The notes: generated by a model from the sequence alone, not told the origin. Numbered from the stretch's first letter, positions 39,548-52,130 are shown. The stretch is 64,000 bases of DNA from Eledone cirrhosa (GCA_964016885.1 OZ024743.1:29078001-29142000); one strand, 5' to 3'. Numbers and translations are program-made.

Positions 39548-40110
39548 CACAGGAATCAAAGTTATGTTCAAACCATTTATTAGCTTACAATTGTTTCATC
39601 CAAACCGAGGCTTGGAGCATTATTTAATGTTTGTATACATTCATAACCTCCTTTCCAACGCAAGATACATATGTATATATTGATGCAATACAGATACATA
39701 TGTGTATATTGATGCAATATATACATATGTATATATTGATGCATTATCGTCTTGCATTATCTACGTTAACTGCCGATGTTGTATTTTAATTTTAATTTTG
39801 CTTTGATTCTGTTTTAATATGATTTTTATTTTTGAATTTAAATTGCCATTCAGAAATAAAATAATATATGTCACCCCACTGTGCGTCAATATATACATAT
39901 GTATCTGTATGTTTCTTGCGTTGGAAAGGAGGTCATGAATGTATACAAACATTAAATAATGCTCCGAAGATGCCAAGCCTCGGTTGGGATGAAACAATTG
40001 TAAGCTAATAAATGGTTTGAACATAACTTTGATTCCTGTGTGTTCTATATAACTGCTCTGTAAAACAACCGATGTTATTACATTGAGCTATTTATCTTAC
40101 TGGTAATAAG
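39548..40110. mobile_element. Fold-back pLTR-like element with degenerate hammerhead (39961-40005, +)
   Basis: Arms about 39548-39685 and 39885-40040. GCT CCGAAGA..GAAAC AATT GTA AGC. The left arm lacks the core. Confidence 0.65.
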
Positions 40111-40325
40111 GTAGTAATAAATTACTGTCTTTAACTGTTTAGGGTTTAAAATATATATAACTATAAAAAGTTTTAGTATATACATAACCATAAATAGTAT
40201 CCTTAATACTATATATATATATATATATATATGTATATACTTAACTGTGTATATGTTTGTACTGTATATATATATGTCAGCCGTAAGAGTGAGAAATGAA
40301 ATGAAATTTCGTTTCATTCTTTTCC

Positions 40326-40395
<70 letters not shown>

Positions 40396-40398
<3 letters not shown>

Positions 40399-40818
40399 AT
40401 TAAACAAATGGAAACTATATTTATAAAACCATATTTATTTCATTATACATATTTCGGGGATACCATATTAAAAATATGGCATGCCTTCTTCAGATAAAAT
40501 ACAATATATAAACATTTTATAAATAATTTTGACGTACCATAAATATTGACCAACCGTTATGTAAAAAGCTGGTTTGGTCAATATTTATGGTACGTCAAAA
40601 TTATTTATAAAATGTTTATATATCGTATTTTATCTGAAGAAGGCATGCCATATTTTTAATATGGTATCCCCGAAATATGTATAATGAAATAAATATGGTT
40701 TTATAAATATAGTTTCCATTTGTTTAATATCGTATATCTACTCCAAAACTTGTCGAGTGCTTTATATCAGTTATAAAATATTTACTTGTTGTAACCCAAC
40801 AATTTTATATAAAACTTT

Positions 40819-40821
<3 letters not shown>
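40396..40821. mobile_element. Family F fold-back element with hammerheads at 40436-40501 (-) and 40626-40691 (+)
   Basis: Palindrome centred at about 40563, homologous to 17065-17515. Confidence 0.78.
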
Positions 40822-40860
<39 letters not shown>

Positions 40861-40865
<5 letters not shown>

Positions 40866-42127
40866 GAATAATCGAGTATCGAAAAATCGGCGCACGAGTT
40901 CACGATAAACAAAATTCGAGATGAGCGGCAGAGGGCTCTATAATTCAAATAAATTAGAGCTATAACTATCGTTAAAATACCGTCACACGTAGAATATGTC
41001 TACAATCAACCAAATAACCGAAAAGTTCGATATGGAAGATTCGGGACACTCAGATAAATTATCAATAAATCAATAAATGAAATGAATGTAAAATGCATAC
41101 CCGGACCCACTAGAGAGATGGAATATCTAGCTTCTTGGGTTTCTGTAAATCCTTAAACCGTCATCTATCAGCTCATATAAAAATATAAGCCTTACAGATA
41201 ATCGGGGGACTGGAGTTACTTCATCAACGAGCTTCGTCCGAATGGATAAAAAGATAAGACCCAGGCTAAAAATACGCACATGGATTTCAGCAAGGGAGAT
41301 AACCTTTATATCCGCAAAAATATTCGGAAAAATGTGGCAAAAACACATATCGAATAAGAGTGCTCAATAGACATGTTAAAATAAACAGGGGCTATTCATC
41401 ATTTAATAGAATCGACAAAAAATGAACAATAAAATTAACTGGTCAATAGCTAAGTCTAGAGCTAAATATAGTAGAATAATCGAGTATCGAAAAATCGGCG
41501 CACGAGTTCACGATAAACAAAATTCGAGATGAGCGGCAGAGGGCTCTATAATTCAAATAAATTAGAGCTATAACTATCGTTAAAATACCGTCACACGTAG
41601 AATATGTCTACAATCAACCAAATAACCGAAAAGTTCGATATGGAAGATTCGGGACACTCAGATAAATTATCAATAAATCAATAAATGAAATGAATGTAAA
41701 ATGCATACCCGGACCCACTAGAGAGATGGAATATCTAGCTTCTTGGGTTTCTGTAAATCCTTAAACCGTCATCTATCAGCTCATATAAAAATATAAGCCT
41801 TACAGATAATCGGGGGACTGGAGTTACTTCATCAACGAGCTTCGTCCGAATGGATAAAAAGATAAGACCCAGGCTAAAAATACGCACATGGATTTCAGCA
41901 AGGGAGATAACCTTTATATCCGCAAAAATATTCGGAAAAATGTGGCAAAAACACATATCGAATAAGAGTGCTCAATAGACATGTTAAAATAAACAGGGGC
42001 TATTCATCATTTAATAGAATCGACAAAAAATGAACAATAAAATTAACTGGTCAATAGCTAAGTCTAGAGCTAAATATAGTAGAATAATCGAGTATCGAAA
42101 AATCGGCGCACGAGTTCACGATAAACA

Positions 42128-42130
<3 letters not shown>
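40861..42130 (-). mobile_element. Retrozyme-like element: 608-bp unit x2.1 in (TA)n
   Basis: Apparently identical tandem copies starting at 40861, 41469 and 42077. Candidate extended HHR at 41099-41232 and 41707-41840. Confidence 0.7.
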
Positions 42131-42168
<38 letters not shown>

Positions 42169-42364
42169 TTTAGTACAGCATTGACGAAGCTTTAGTATAC
42201 GGCCAATCTAGCGTATGTGCATAATCGGTCTGTAGCTTTAGCACTCGGATGAGGTAAGACCCCAGAGTAATAACATTACGTTCAGACAGCTTAGCAAATC
42301 AGATATAGCTGTCGGCAGTCCAACCGCATTACCAGAGCAACGAAAATACAGGACCCAGGAAAAG

Positions 42365-42414
<50 letters not shown>

Positions 42415-42435
42415 GTATAAAATCAATACAATATT

Positions 42436-42509
42436 ATTACCTCATTACCAGAGGTTTCCCGAATGAGGCGAATACGAAATAAACGACTTCATTCGTTCGT
42501 CAGACGAGG

Positions 42510-42513
<4 letters not shown>
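42436..42513 (-). ncRNA. Type I hammerhead with extended stem II
   Basis: ATTGCCTCGT CTGACGA ACGAATGA..TCATTCGG GAAAC CTCTG GTA ATGAGGTAAT. Confidence 0.8.
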
Positions 42514-42557
<44 letters not shown>

Positions 42558-42896
42558 TATTTTGTTTTGTGCATTTGCTTACCACGTGTGTTTGTTTATT
42601 TATTTTTATTTGTGTTTTTTTTCCTCTTTCGTATCGCTGTCAACTTGCTAATTTTTTATTTTTATATTTGACTTTATTTTTTACTTTTATTTATTTATTA
42701 TTTTGATTTTATGTATATGGATTTATCTTTGCCAGTTTATGTGACTGCTTATTTTAGTATATGCGCATGGTCGAGTGTGTATATGTTTGTTTATTTATTT
42801 TTACTTATTTTTATAATTATGTGCGTGTGTGTATATATATGTATGTATGTGTGTATATATATATATGCGTATTTATATATATATATATATATATAT

Positions 42897-43515
42897 GTAA
42901 GTAAAAAATTTTTAAAAAGTTTTTTTTAAAAAATATTTTCTTATTTTACGTCCTTTATATTATTGTTCTGCATTCTCCTGCATTGAACCACCTAGGTACT
43001 ATGACATAACCTGTGTATTTTCTAGCATGGGCGTGCATCTGTGCGCTTATGTTAGTTGATATATTAAATTATCTATATTTATCTCCAAATCACTGATTTG
43101 TCGAGCAAACTTGCCAAAACCACTTCTAAAGAAATTTTTTTGGGGGTGTTAGTAGGCGTCAGTCATCTTACCATCCCATTCCTTCTAACTAGCCTCTGTG
43201 TCACGTGATTGATTCTTTAGAATCGGCCATTTGACTTGAAGCAGTGAGAATTTCGGTACATAGAATCCAGTCCTCGCAAGCTGTTCGATCTACCGAATTA
43301 TTATTATTTTTATATGAGCCGCCAGTGTCCGCGCATTGCCTGGAGACTTAACTGAGAATAGACTCCCTGATGACGCAATGAATTCTCGACAGTTGGATTA
43401 CGTAACTGTCTTTATCCCATTGCAGAAACTAATTAGTTGGAGTGAAAATTTAAGTAAGTAAAAAATTAAAAAAAAAAAAAAAAAAAATATATTTTCTTAT
43501 TTTACGTCCTTTATA
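42897..43515 (+). mobile_element. Retrozyme-like element: 557-bp unit with about 60-bp terminal redundancy
   Basis: GTAAGTAAAAAA...TATTTTCTTATTTTACGTCCTTTATA at 42897 and 43454. HHR just before the second copy. Confidence 0.75.
43362..43443 (+). ncRNA. Type I hammerhead, extended stem II, palindromic stem III
   Basis: ACTCC CTGATGA CGCAATG..CATTGCA GAAAC TAATTA GTT GGAGT. Confidence 0.85.
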
Positions 43516-43539
43516 CACACTCGACCATGCGCATATACT

Positions 43540-43571
<32 letters not shown>

Positions 43572-43648
43572 CGTGTTTGTGTATTTATGTGTATGTGTAT
43601 GTATATTTATATATATATATATATATATATTTGCATATATATATATAT

Positions 43649-44103
43649 GAAAAAGAACACAAGAGCGTCTACAACATCAAAAGATTTTTATTGGCTTACA
43701 ATGTTTCTTCCTTACGTAACCGTAGGATTCGTCAGAGCTATAAAAGGGGTTTGATTGGTGTTATGGACACTACCAACCACACATTCAAGAACAAAGAGTA
43801 AAGAGAGTAAAGAGCAAAAGTAGGGGACGATAAGTCTAATTTTTGGTGCGGGGTGGGGTGGTGGTGGTGGGGGGGGGGGTCCTTGTTTACTAGCTGCGGT
43901 CATATTCATTCCCGGGAGTCGGGTGGTTAGCTGAACCATAGATGGGGTGGTGTCGATAGTATGGTGCAGAGGGTGCGCAGAGGCTACACAAACACAAAGG
44001 GCGTACAATATATATATATATATAGCGGAGGAGAAGGTACATGAGGTAATTAGAAATGGAAAAAGAGTAATAATAATAATCTATAATTAATAGTGTATAA
44101 TAA

Positions 44104-44107
<4 letters not shown>
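43649..44107 (-). mobile_element. PLE pLTR/3' UTR fragment with hammerhead 43693-43739
   Basis: AGCT CTGACGA ATCCTACG GTTA CGTAAGGAA GAAAC ATT GTA AGCC. Flank ACATCAAAAG.TTTTATT is shared with the 18068-18120 pLTR. Confidence 0.75.
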
Positions 44108-44173
<66 letters not shown>

Positions 44174-44180
<7 letters not shown>

Positions 44181-44337
44181 TAAAATAACAGATTAAAGTT
44201 TAAGCAAAGAATCGCCGCTTTCACCCTTAACGGGATCTTCTGAAACTAACAAAGTCTTTGTTAGTTTCAGACGATGCCGTTAAGGGTGAAAGCAGCGATT
44301 CTTTGCTTAAACTTTAATCTGTTATTTTAATAAATAT
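44174..44337. repeat. Near-perfect palindrome next to (TA)n, probably a pLTR fold-back
   Basis: Arms of about 80 bp. HHR-like CAGA(A/C)GA TCCC GTTAA GGGT GAAA. Related piece at about 21809-21835. Confidence 0.6.
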
Positions 44338-44420
44338 TTGTTCTACGGTTCTTATATATTTGATATATATTTATCCTTATCGAGCCCTCTTTGGATTTTA
44401 GTCTTCAAATTTATTATTAT

Positions 44421-44496
<76 letters not shown>

Positions 44497-44519
44497 ATAT
44501 ACTTAATTATTTATAATCT

Positions 44520-44758
44520 TTCTTTCTTCTTCCCTCAGCCTCACTTTCATATTTCTTATATTTTTGTTTTCAAATCCACATTCAATAAAAACACCAGGAA
44601 TTTTTCACTCTGAGGACTGAAAGCAGATTTGTTTGCTTTCAAGAAACCACTGGTAAATGAAATAATTATCTTATGTTGTTTATTACATAACTATTAAGCT
44701 TTGTAACCTACATAGAGCAGTCTTTTTTCCTGGACCTTTCCGACGGAATTACTTCATT
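44520..44758 (+). mobile_element. 3' end (pLTR) of the Hydra-like PLE family, hammerhead 44603-44662
   Basis: Matches 53445-53624. Its terminal tip appears inverted at 50441-50495. Confidence 0.85.
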
Positions 44759-44769
44759 CACACACACGC

Positions 44770-44848
<79 letters not shown>

Positions 44849-44860
44849 TGTATGTATGTA

Positions 44861-44913
<53 letters not shown>

Positions 44914-44915
44914 TA

Positions 44916-44974
<59 letters not shown>

Positions 44975-45702
44975 GAAAAGATGAATATAAAATGAAAGTG
45001 CTTTTATAAAGGAATTTATTAGGTATTGACATGTTTCTGTAACAGACGGAATACCTATGTATCGCTGCTTGCGTTATCATATAATGTAGCAAGTATTCGA
45101 TAGCAAATGTATAATCAGTTGTCACTTTTTTAGACATATTGGATAAATTGGAAAAAATCAGAAAAATCAAAACATTTATATTAGTTGTAAGAAAGGAAGA
45201 AGAGAAGGCATAGTATATGACAGATGGCAATTCAATTTGCTGGTAAACAAGTATGTATATATATATAAATAATGAATTATTTAATTTGTTGATTATTCAA
45301 CAAAGTTAATTTATAACAGATTAGAAGCACTCAACAGTGAAAAAAAAAAATAATTATTCCATTCTTTCTACACCCTTGCAAATGTTTCGGACACTTATAT
45401 ACGTACATTCCTATAAATATTCTGTAAGTAGCTTTAAATGCTTTTTCTTAAAATCTTTTCTTCAATTTTTTCTTCCACCTTAATAGTAACCTCTCTTTCC
45501 TTTTCTTGTTAAAAATTAATTCTAATAATTATTTAAATATACCTAGCGTCTAAACATAACGGTCTTTTTCAGTTTTAACGTTATCCTCATTAGCATATTC
45601 ATCTCGAGGTTTGAAGTTTTATCCAAAATACTGGTACCCTTGAAATATATAATATAAAATAAATATGGTTTTATAAAGATAGTTTCTATTTAATAATATT
45701 AT

Positions 45703-45769
<67 letters not shown>

Positions 45770-45773
<4 letters not shown>

Positions 45774-46013
45774 ATTTCCATAGAAAAGGTAAAGGAAAGA
45801 AGAGTGCTCTATGTATAGTACAGGGCTATTGAATTATGTAATTAACAACACAATACAATTATTCCATTACCCAAGGTTTCACGAAGACAGTCGACCCCAA
45901 CAGAGGCGTCCGAAGTAGTTCATCAGAAAAATTTTTTTATAATTTAGATATTAAATTTTCCTTCTGATGAACGACTTCGGACACTTCTGTTGGGGTCCAC
46001 TGTCTTCGTGAAA
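45770..46013. mobile_element. Fold-back pLTR-like element (family K) with hammerheads; right arm disrupted
   Basis: HHR 45862-45931 (-): CTGATGA AC.A..TCGT GAAAC CTTGG GTA ATGGAA. The plus copy 45957-46013 is broken after GAAAC. Its tail resumes at 47802-47831. Confidence 0.72.
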
Positions 46014-47797
46014 CACTGTGTAACATATTTCTTGTTCCCCGGTTCTAAGTGTCATTTCCTGGTTTGTTATATCCAATTTTATTTTAAAAAAACACTATTA
46101 TTTAATCAGAAGTCTGGATTTATGGTCAGGAGTTTGATATTTCGAAATTTTCATATTTTTCAAGAAAACACACATTTTTTAAAATTTATCAGTTCATATA
46201 ATTAAATCAACAGAGTATATATTTATTTTATTACACAAGCTTATCAAAAGCAAACAAGTAAAAACAAATAACACTTATAAAGCAACTTATACACGTCAGA
46301 AATGACTGGATTTCCTGGATTTGCGGTTTAATCCAAGTCGCATTCCCGCACTAGCCCCCAGATACAGCCCCCATCATTTTCTCATTGTAGTGGCCCTGGT
46401 ACCTCCGCTCGATCTCTTTCACATCTTGGTGGAATCGTTCGCCTTGTTCTTCTGAATAGGCGCCCATATTGTCCTTGAATTTTTCCAGGTGAGCGTTCAG
46501 CATATGGAGTTTAAGCGACATCCTGCATCCCATGGCGCCAAAAGCCTTTATCAGATCCTGCTCCAGTTGCTGGTAGTTTTCAGCTCTGTAGTTGCCCAGG
46601 AAGCCCTTAACAACTGCCTTGAAACAGTTCCATACTATGCAGTTCAATCCTATTGAGCTTATTGGAGAACTCGGTAGACTCAAACACCTTCTTTATCTGA
46701 GGTCCAACAAAAATTCCACCTTTGATTTTGGCCTCAGATAACTTGGGGAAGAACTCAAGAAGGTACTTAAAAGCGGCTGATTCTTGGTTAAGAGCCTTCA
46801 CAAACTGCTTCATCAACCCCAACTTAATGTGCAGTGGCGGCATGAGCACAATCCTGGGATCAAACAGTGGCTCCCACATGACGTTCCGGGTCCCAACTAC
46901 AAATTCTGTTCGCTGCTCCCAGTTCTTTCTTTTGTAGTGGTCAGAGGTGGCTCTGCATCCCAAAGGCAGAGGAATCATTGGAATTTGATAAAGCCTCCTT
47001 GGAGTCCAAGCAGGAAAGCCACCATCTTGAAGTCTCCAATGATTTCCTAATTGTACTGGTTGTATTGCAGAGCTTCCAAGAGGACTTTCACACTGTAGTA
47101 ATCTTCCTTCAGGCAGACTGAATGAGCTAGGGGCAGTGTCGGTAACTTGTTTCCATTGTGGAGGAGGACAACCTTCAAACATGTGGTGGAGCTGTCTATA
47201 AATAACCGCCACTCCTTGGGCACAAATGGCACCCCAATAACGTTAAACAGTCCAGGCACGTCATGGCAGAAGCAGAGGCCATCCTAAAGAGTGTAAAAGC
47301 CTGAGAAAGAACGTGTCGACTTCTCTGACTTGTCACCTGCACTTCCTCCTTGACCAAGATCCACTGCTTCATCCTGGAGACGAATAGCTCTGCATTGGAC
47401 TTGGTCAGACCCATATCCCTGACCAAGTCATTGACTTCTTTTTGGTTTGGGAAGTGAGGAACTTTTTCTGGTACCCCAGTATCAATAAATCTCTTTAATC
47501 CACTTTTTAACAATTTTATACTTTATTGCACTTTTATAATTTTCTTTAGGTATTACTCTTTATTTTATAATTTTAATATAACCTGAAACATATATAAAAA
47601 AATCATTTAACATAAGCAAATTAAACTTACATACAACGTAAAATCCAGCATACAAATAATTCTAGTGAATAGCTTAGAATTTTTACAAACCCAAACTTTT
47701 AAATGTTTAATAGCACTTTTTTATTTATTTATTTGGGATCTAAGCAACACAAAAAAAGTGATTACAAACCAGGAACAGAGAAAAATTTTTGTTTTGT
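46014..47797 (-). mobile_element. Chapaev3-like (CMC superfamily) DNA transposon with pseudogenised transposase
   Basis: WRLFIDSS, VLLHNGN..P.AHSV.LKE.Y, PPLHIKLGLMKQFVKAL, FPKLSEAKIK.GIFVGPQI, MSLKLHML..H, SEEQGERFHQD. CACTG terminus; the other TIR is eroded. Superfamily assigned from remembered motifs. Confidence 0.75.
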
Positions 47798-48613
47798 TTT
47801 CGGAGTAATTGTATTGTGTTGTTTATTACATTATATATATATATATATGCTCAATGAGGCGGGATGGATTTACGGCTAACTAAAAACATGTTGTACGTTG
47901 GCTTGTCTAAAGAATTATTAAGGGTGACTCCATTGCCCTTTGTGGCGTGATTTAGTGTCCATGTCATCTCCCCCCCCCCTCTCTCTCTAAAAAGATGATA
48001 TAAATTGTGTTTATGTGTATGCATAATTATGTGAAATAAATTTTCTGTTTTATTTAAACAGTGTTTATCACTTAATGGTGAATGTTGTCGGCTTTCCGGC
48101 TACATGACTTCAGGAAAAAAAGTTTACTAAAGAAAAATTACATTTTATTTAGATTCTTTTAAAAAGAATAATTTATTCAAAGCTGTGGAAACATATCTAT
48201 AAATATACAAGAAATATCACTGAAGATACTTATATTCAAGTTAAAATTTTTTCTTAGCTAAACGTGACTTTTATTTTTCCTGTGATTTTGTTTCCGTTCA
48301 CTGGTTGTATTGTGAAATTGGATAGACGACAGCTATATGAAATTCTGAAGGAATGGGCTATATTGCTAATTAGAAATGCCATCCGAGTTACACTGTTATT
48401 CTCATTCTGTCTAAGGATTCCATTAAGGGTACAATGAGCTGGCAGCTTTGTATCAAACGTTAAGTGTAAATTATATTTTATTCACAGTTGTATTATTACA
48501 AAGCGTAAATAACATTATAAATTGCGTGCAATCCGTTCAGAAGAACATTACAAATATATAAACACAATATATAAACACAAATATAAACGTATATAAGAGA
48601 GAGAGAGAGGGAG

Positions 48614-48656
<43 letters not shown>

Positions 48657-49537
48657 AGAAAAAACAAAATCGACCATCAATTCAACACCAAGTGCGCCAA
48701 TCGGCCGAGCATGCTGGTTAATTAAACACTTTAAGGCAAGCCAATACGCTCGTAGCATTGCCACGGGTGATGGCGAGGCTAAGACGCTGAAACAGCTAGG
48801 CACCCTCACGGGCATCACCTGACACCTCAGTAAGGCGAGTTACCAGCGAATTGTTTGTGAAATATTGTGCTGCTTACACTATGAAGCAATGAATTGGAAG
48901 TTCCGTTGATCGATTAACTGGAATACTCATCGTCGAAACCGACGAAGTTTCCATTTACTTTTACAATTCCGTTGCAGAAAGATAAACACATATTCGAGAA
49001 GATGGTTAAAGATGAATCGAGATATTTGATTTCCCTCAATATAAGGAGAACTGATGACACTTACAAGAACCCATTATCAAACACTTTGAAGTAATTTACA
49101 CCACTTCATCTAAATTACTTAACATTTGATTGGTTTCTATTATAGTTAGTAGCTGTACGCTAAGGGATAACTAAATCGATAGCAGCAGCTAAAATACTTC
49201 ATATAAATATAGACACGTCTCTTTATAGAGTTAGTTCGAATCCCATCGGGGTTAACTTTATTTTTATCTTTCCGGTATCGATAAAATAAATACCGATCAA
49301 ATACTGGTGTATATTTAATCAATTATACATTATTGACGTTAGACATCTTTATTCTTATACAAGCTGTCTTCTGCTGTAAAAAATGACGGCTAATTAAAAT
49401 ATCTATACATAATATAAACAAGAGATTTTTGTTGGTTGGTTGTTTGGCTGGTTCCTTCGCGCTCACTCACATAAGTGATACAGCATACAATACAGAGCTG
49501 TGATGAATCTTAGAACGTGGACTTCTATAGTGTCTCA

Positions 49538-49852
49538 TCCCCCTTCCTCAGTCATCACATAGATGTGTGTGTATTAGACACCCTTCCTTCCTCAGTCGAC
49601 GTAAGCACCCCTTCTTTTCTCAGTCAACATAATCACGCCTACCTTCCTCAGTCAACATAATCACGCCTACCTTCCTCAGACGACGTAAGCACCCCTACCT
49701 TCCTCAATCGACATAATCACCCTGTCCTTCCTCAGTCGACATAATCACCCTGTCCTTCCTCAGTCGACATAATCACCCTGTCCTTCCTCAGTCGACATAA
49801 TCACCCTTTCCTTCCTCAGTCGACATAATCACCCTTTCCTTCCTCAGTCATC
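49538..49852. repeat. About 28-bp minisatellite
   Basis: CCTTCCTCAGTCGACATAATCACCCTGT, about 11 units. Confidence 0.9.
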
Positions 49853-49904
49853 ACTAGTGTGTGATGGACAAATACACAAGGCTATTATATACTATAACTG
49901 GCAG

Positions 49905-50010
49905 GCAGCGAATTGGCAGAGACGTTAGAACGCCGGATAAAATGTTTCACAGTTATTCGTTCTGAGTTCAAATGCCATCCAGGTCAACTTTGCTTTTCAT
50001 CCTCTCGGGT
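49905..50010 (+). mobile_element. Degenerate SINE 5' half
   Basis: GAATTGGCAGAGACGTTAG..GAGTTCAAAT..CTTTGCTTTTCATCC. Confidence 0.65.
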
Positions 50011-50207
50011 TAGAATACCCAGGTCGATTTCTTCTTCGCCCTGTCTCTTGGGAAGAAATCGGCTGTATTCTAACTTGGAGCGGGATAGGCCCCGTCATGT
50101 TTAATGCCTAATACACGCCGCTTGTAAGGACTGTGACCCTACGACTTTGTTAAGACCCCTTAACCTTCTTTTCTTTTTTCCTGTCGCTTACACACAGACA
50201 TCCTGCC

Positions 50208-50383
<176 letters not shown>

Positions 50384-50384
50384 A

Positions 50385-50440
<56 letters not shown>

Positions 50441-50443
<3 letters not shown>

Positions 50444-51741
50444 GAAGTAATTCCGTCGGAAAGGTCCAGGAAAAAAGAGTGCTCTATGTAGGTTAATCAA
50501 TACTTTTGATAATCTTAACCTTAAAATTACTATAGATACGAACCTTACTAATGCTAACTTTCTTGACATTAATCTTGATCTACTTACTGCCTCTTTTAAA
50601 CCTTATCATAAGCCTAACGAAAATCTTAGATATATACACAAAGAGTCTTGCCATCCCTCTATAGTTTAAAAAAATCTTATTCCCAACATTAGCCGTAGGA
50701 TTTCTACCTTATCTTCGTCTCTAGACATTTTTAACAAAGTCGCCCCTTATTATAACAAAGCCCTTAATAACAGCGGATTTACAGAACACATTAATTATTT
50801 ACCTACTCCTCCCCCTAAAACTAACCACAATAATAGGAAAAGAAAAATTATTTGGTTTACACCCCCCTTCTCTCTAACTGTCAAAACTAATGTAGGAAGG
50901 AAATTCCTTGACCTCTTAGACAAACATTTTCCTCCTAATCATAGATATCATAAGATATTTAATAGAAATGTAGTTAAAATCAGTTACTCTTGCTGCCCAT
51001 CAATGAAGTCTAAAATCACCAATTCTAATCGTACGAGAATTAATCCTGGATGCAGTTGCAGGAAGCCGGATGAATGCCCATTACAGGGCAAATGTAACAC
51101 CAAATCCGTTGTATATGAGGCCAAAGTGACACCTTTAATTGACAACCAGCCAGCCAGGAGTGAACGATATGTTGTCATGACTCAGGACAGGTTTAAACCC
51201 AGGTTTTATGCACATGTCGCTTCTTTTAAACACTCCGATAAAAGAACAGCAACGGCTCTCGCAAATAAGGTGTGGGAATTCAAGGATAAAACATCCCATA
51301 CTCTATCTATTGGTCAATTTTAGACCATTCGAGGGAGTACCAAAGGAGCACAAATAATTGTTCTTTGCGTACCACTGAAAAATTTAGGATTTTACAAAAC
51401 TTGAAAGCCACTTCAACTTGCCTGGACTCCAAGACCGAGATCTTCAGATATTGTCCTCACCTGAAAACACATCTTATCTGTAACGGGATTGACATTCCTA
51501 CGATGACTCAACGACCTTGAACTTCTTCTCTGCTCTCTACGCCTTACATCCACTACGATTTTTATTTTTTAAATTATTTTCTGAACTCACTTTCTGTACT
51601 CTTATATTCTCTTTTCTCCCTTATCCCCCCTTATATTTAAACTTTTTCCCATGTCATTTATTTTCCTTATTCCCCCTACTTTCTACCTTACCCTTTACAT
51701 ACCCACCTTTTTATTTTTTCAGATATTTATTTCTGTGTGTG

Positions 51742-51825
<84 letters not shown>

Positions 51826-51947
51826 CTGTGTATGTATGCATACGTATATGTATATATAATTATATATATATCTGTATGTATATGTATGTGTGTATATGTA
51901 TATGTATGTGTGTATATAATTGAATTTTTATATGTATCTATTATAAT

Positions 51948-51994
<47 letters not shown>

Positions 51995-52098
51995 TTCAAG
52001 AGTAACCAATCTTAAAGAGAGAGATGGAGATAGGAGAGGATATATGAGAGGAGAGATTTCCTTGTGAAATTTGTTGCCTTGTTTTGCTTAACTAATGA

Positions 52099-52130
<32 letters not shown>

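Noticed and set aside
41127-41956. Duplicated 73-aa ORF in the 608-bp unit (and 65-aa ORFs in the 467-bp unit)
   Set aside because: No recognisable motif, and they overlap the ribozyme; treated as chance ORFs.
49538-49852. CRISPR-like appearance of the 28-30 bp repeats (also 14914-15725)
   Set aside because: No unique spacers, no cas genes and a eukaryotic context; these are minisatellites.
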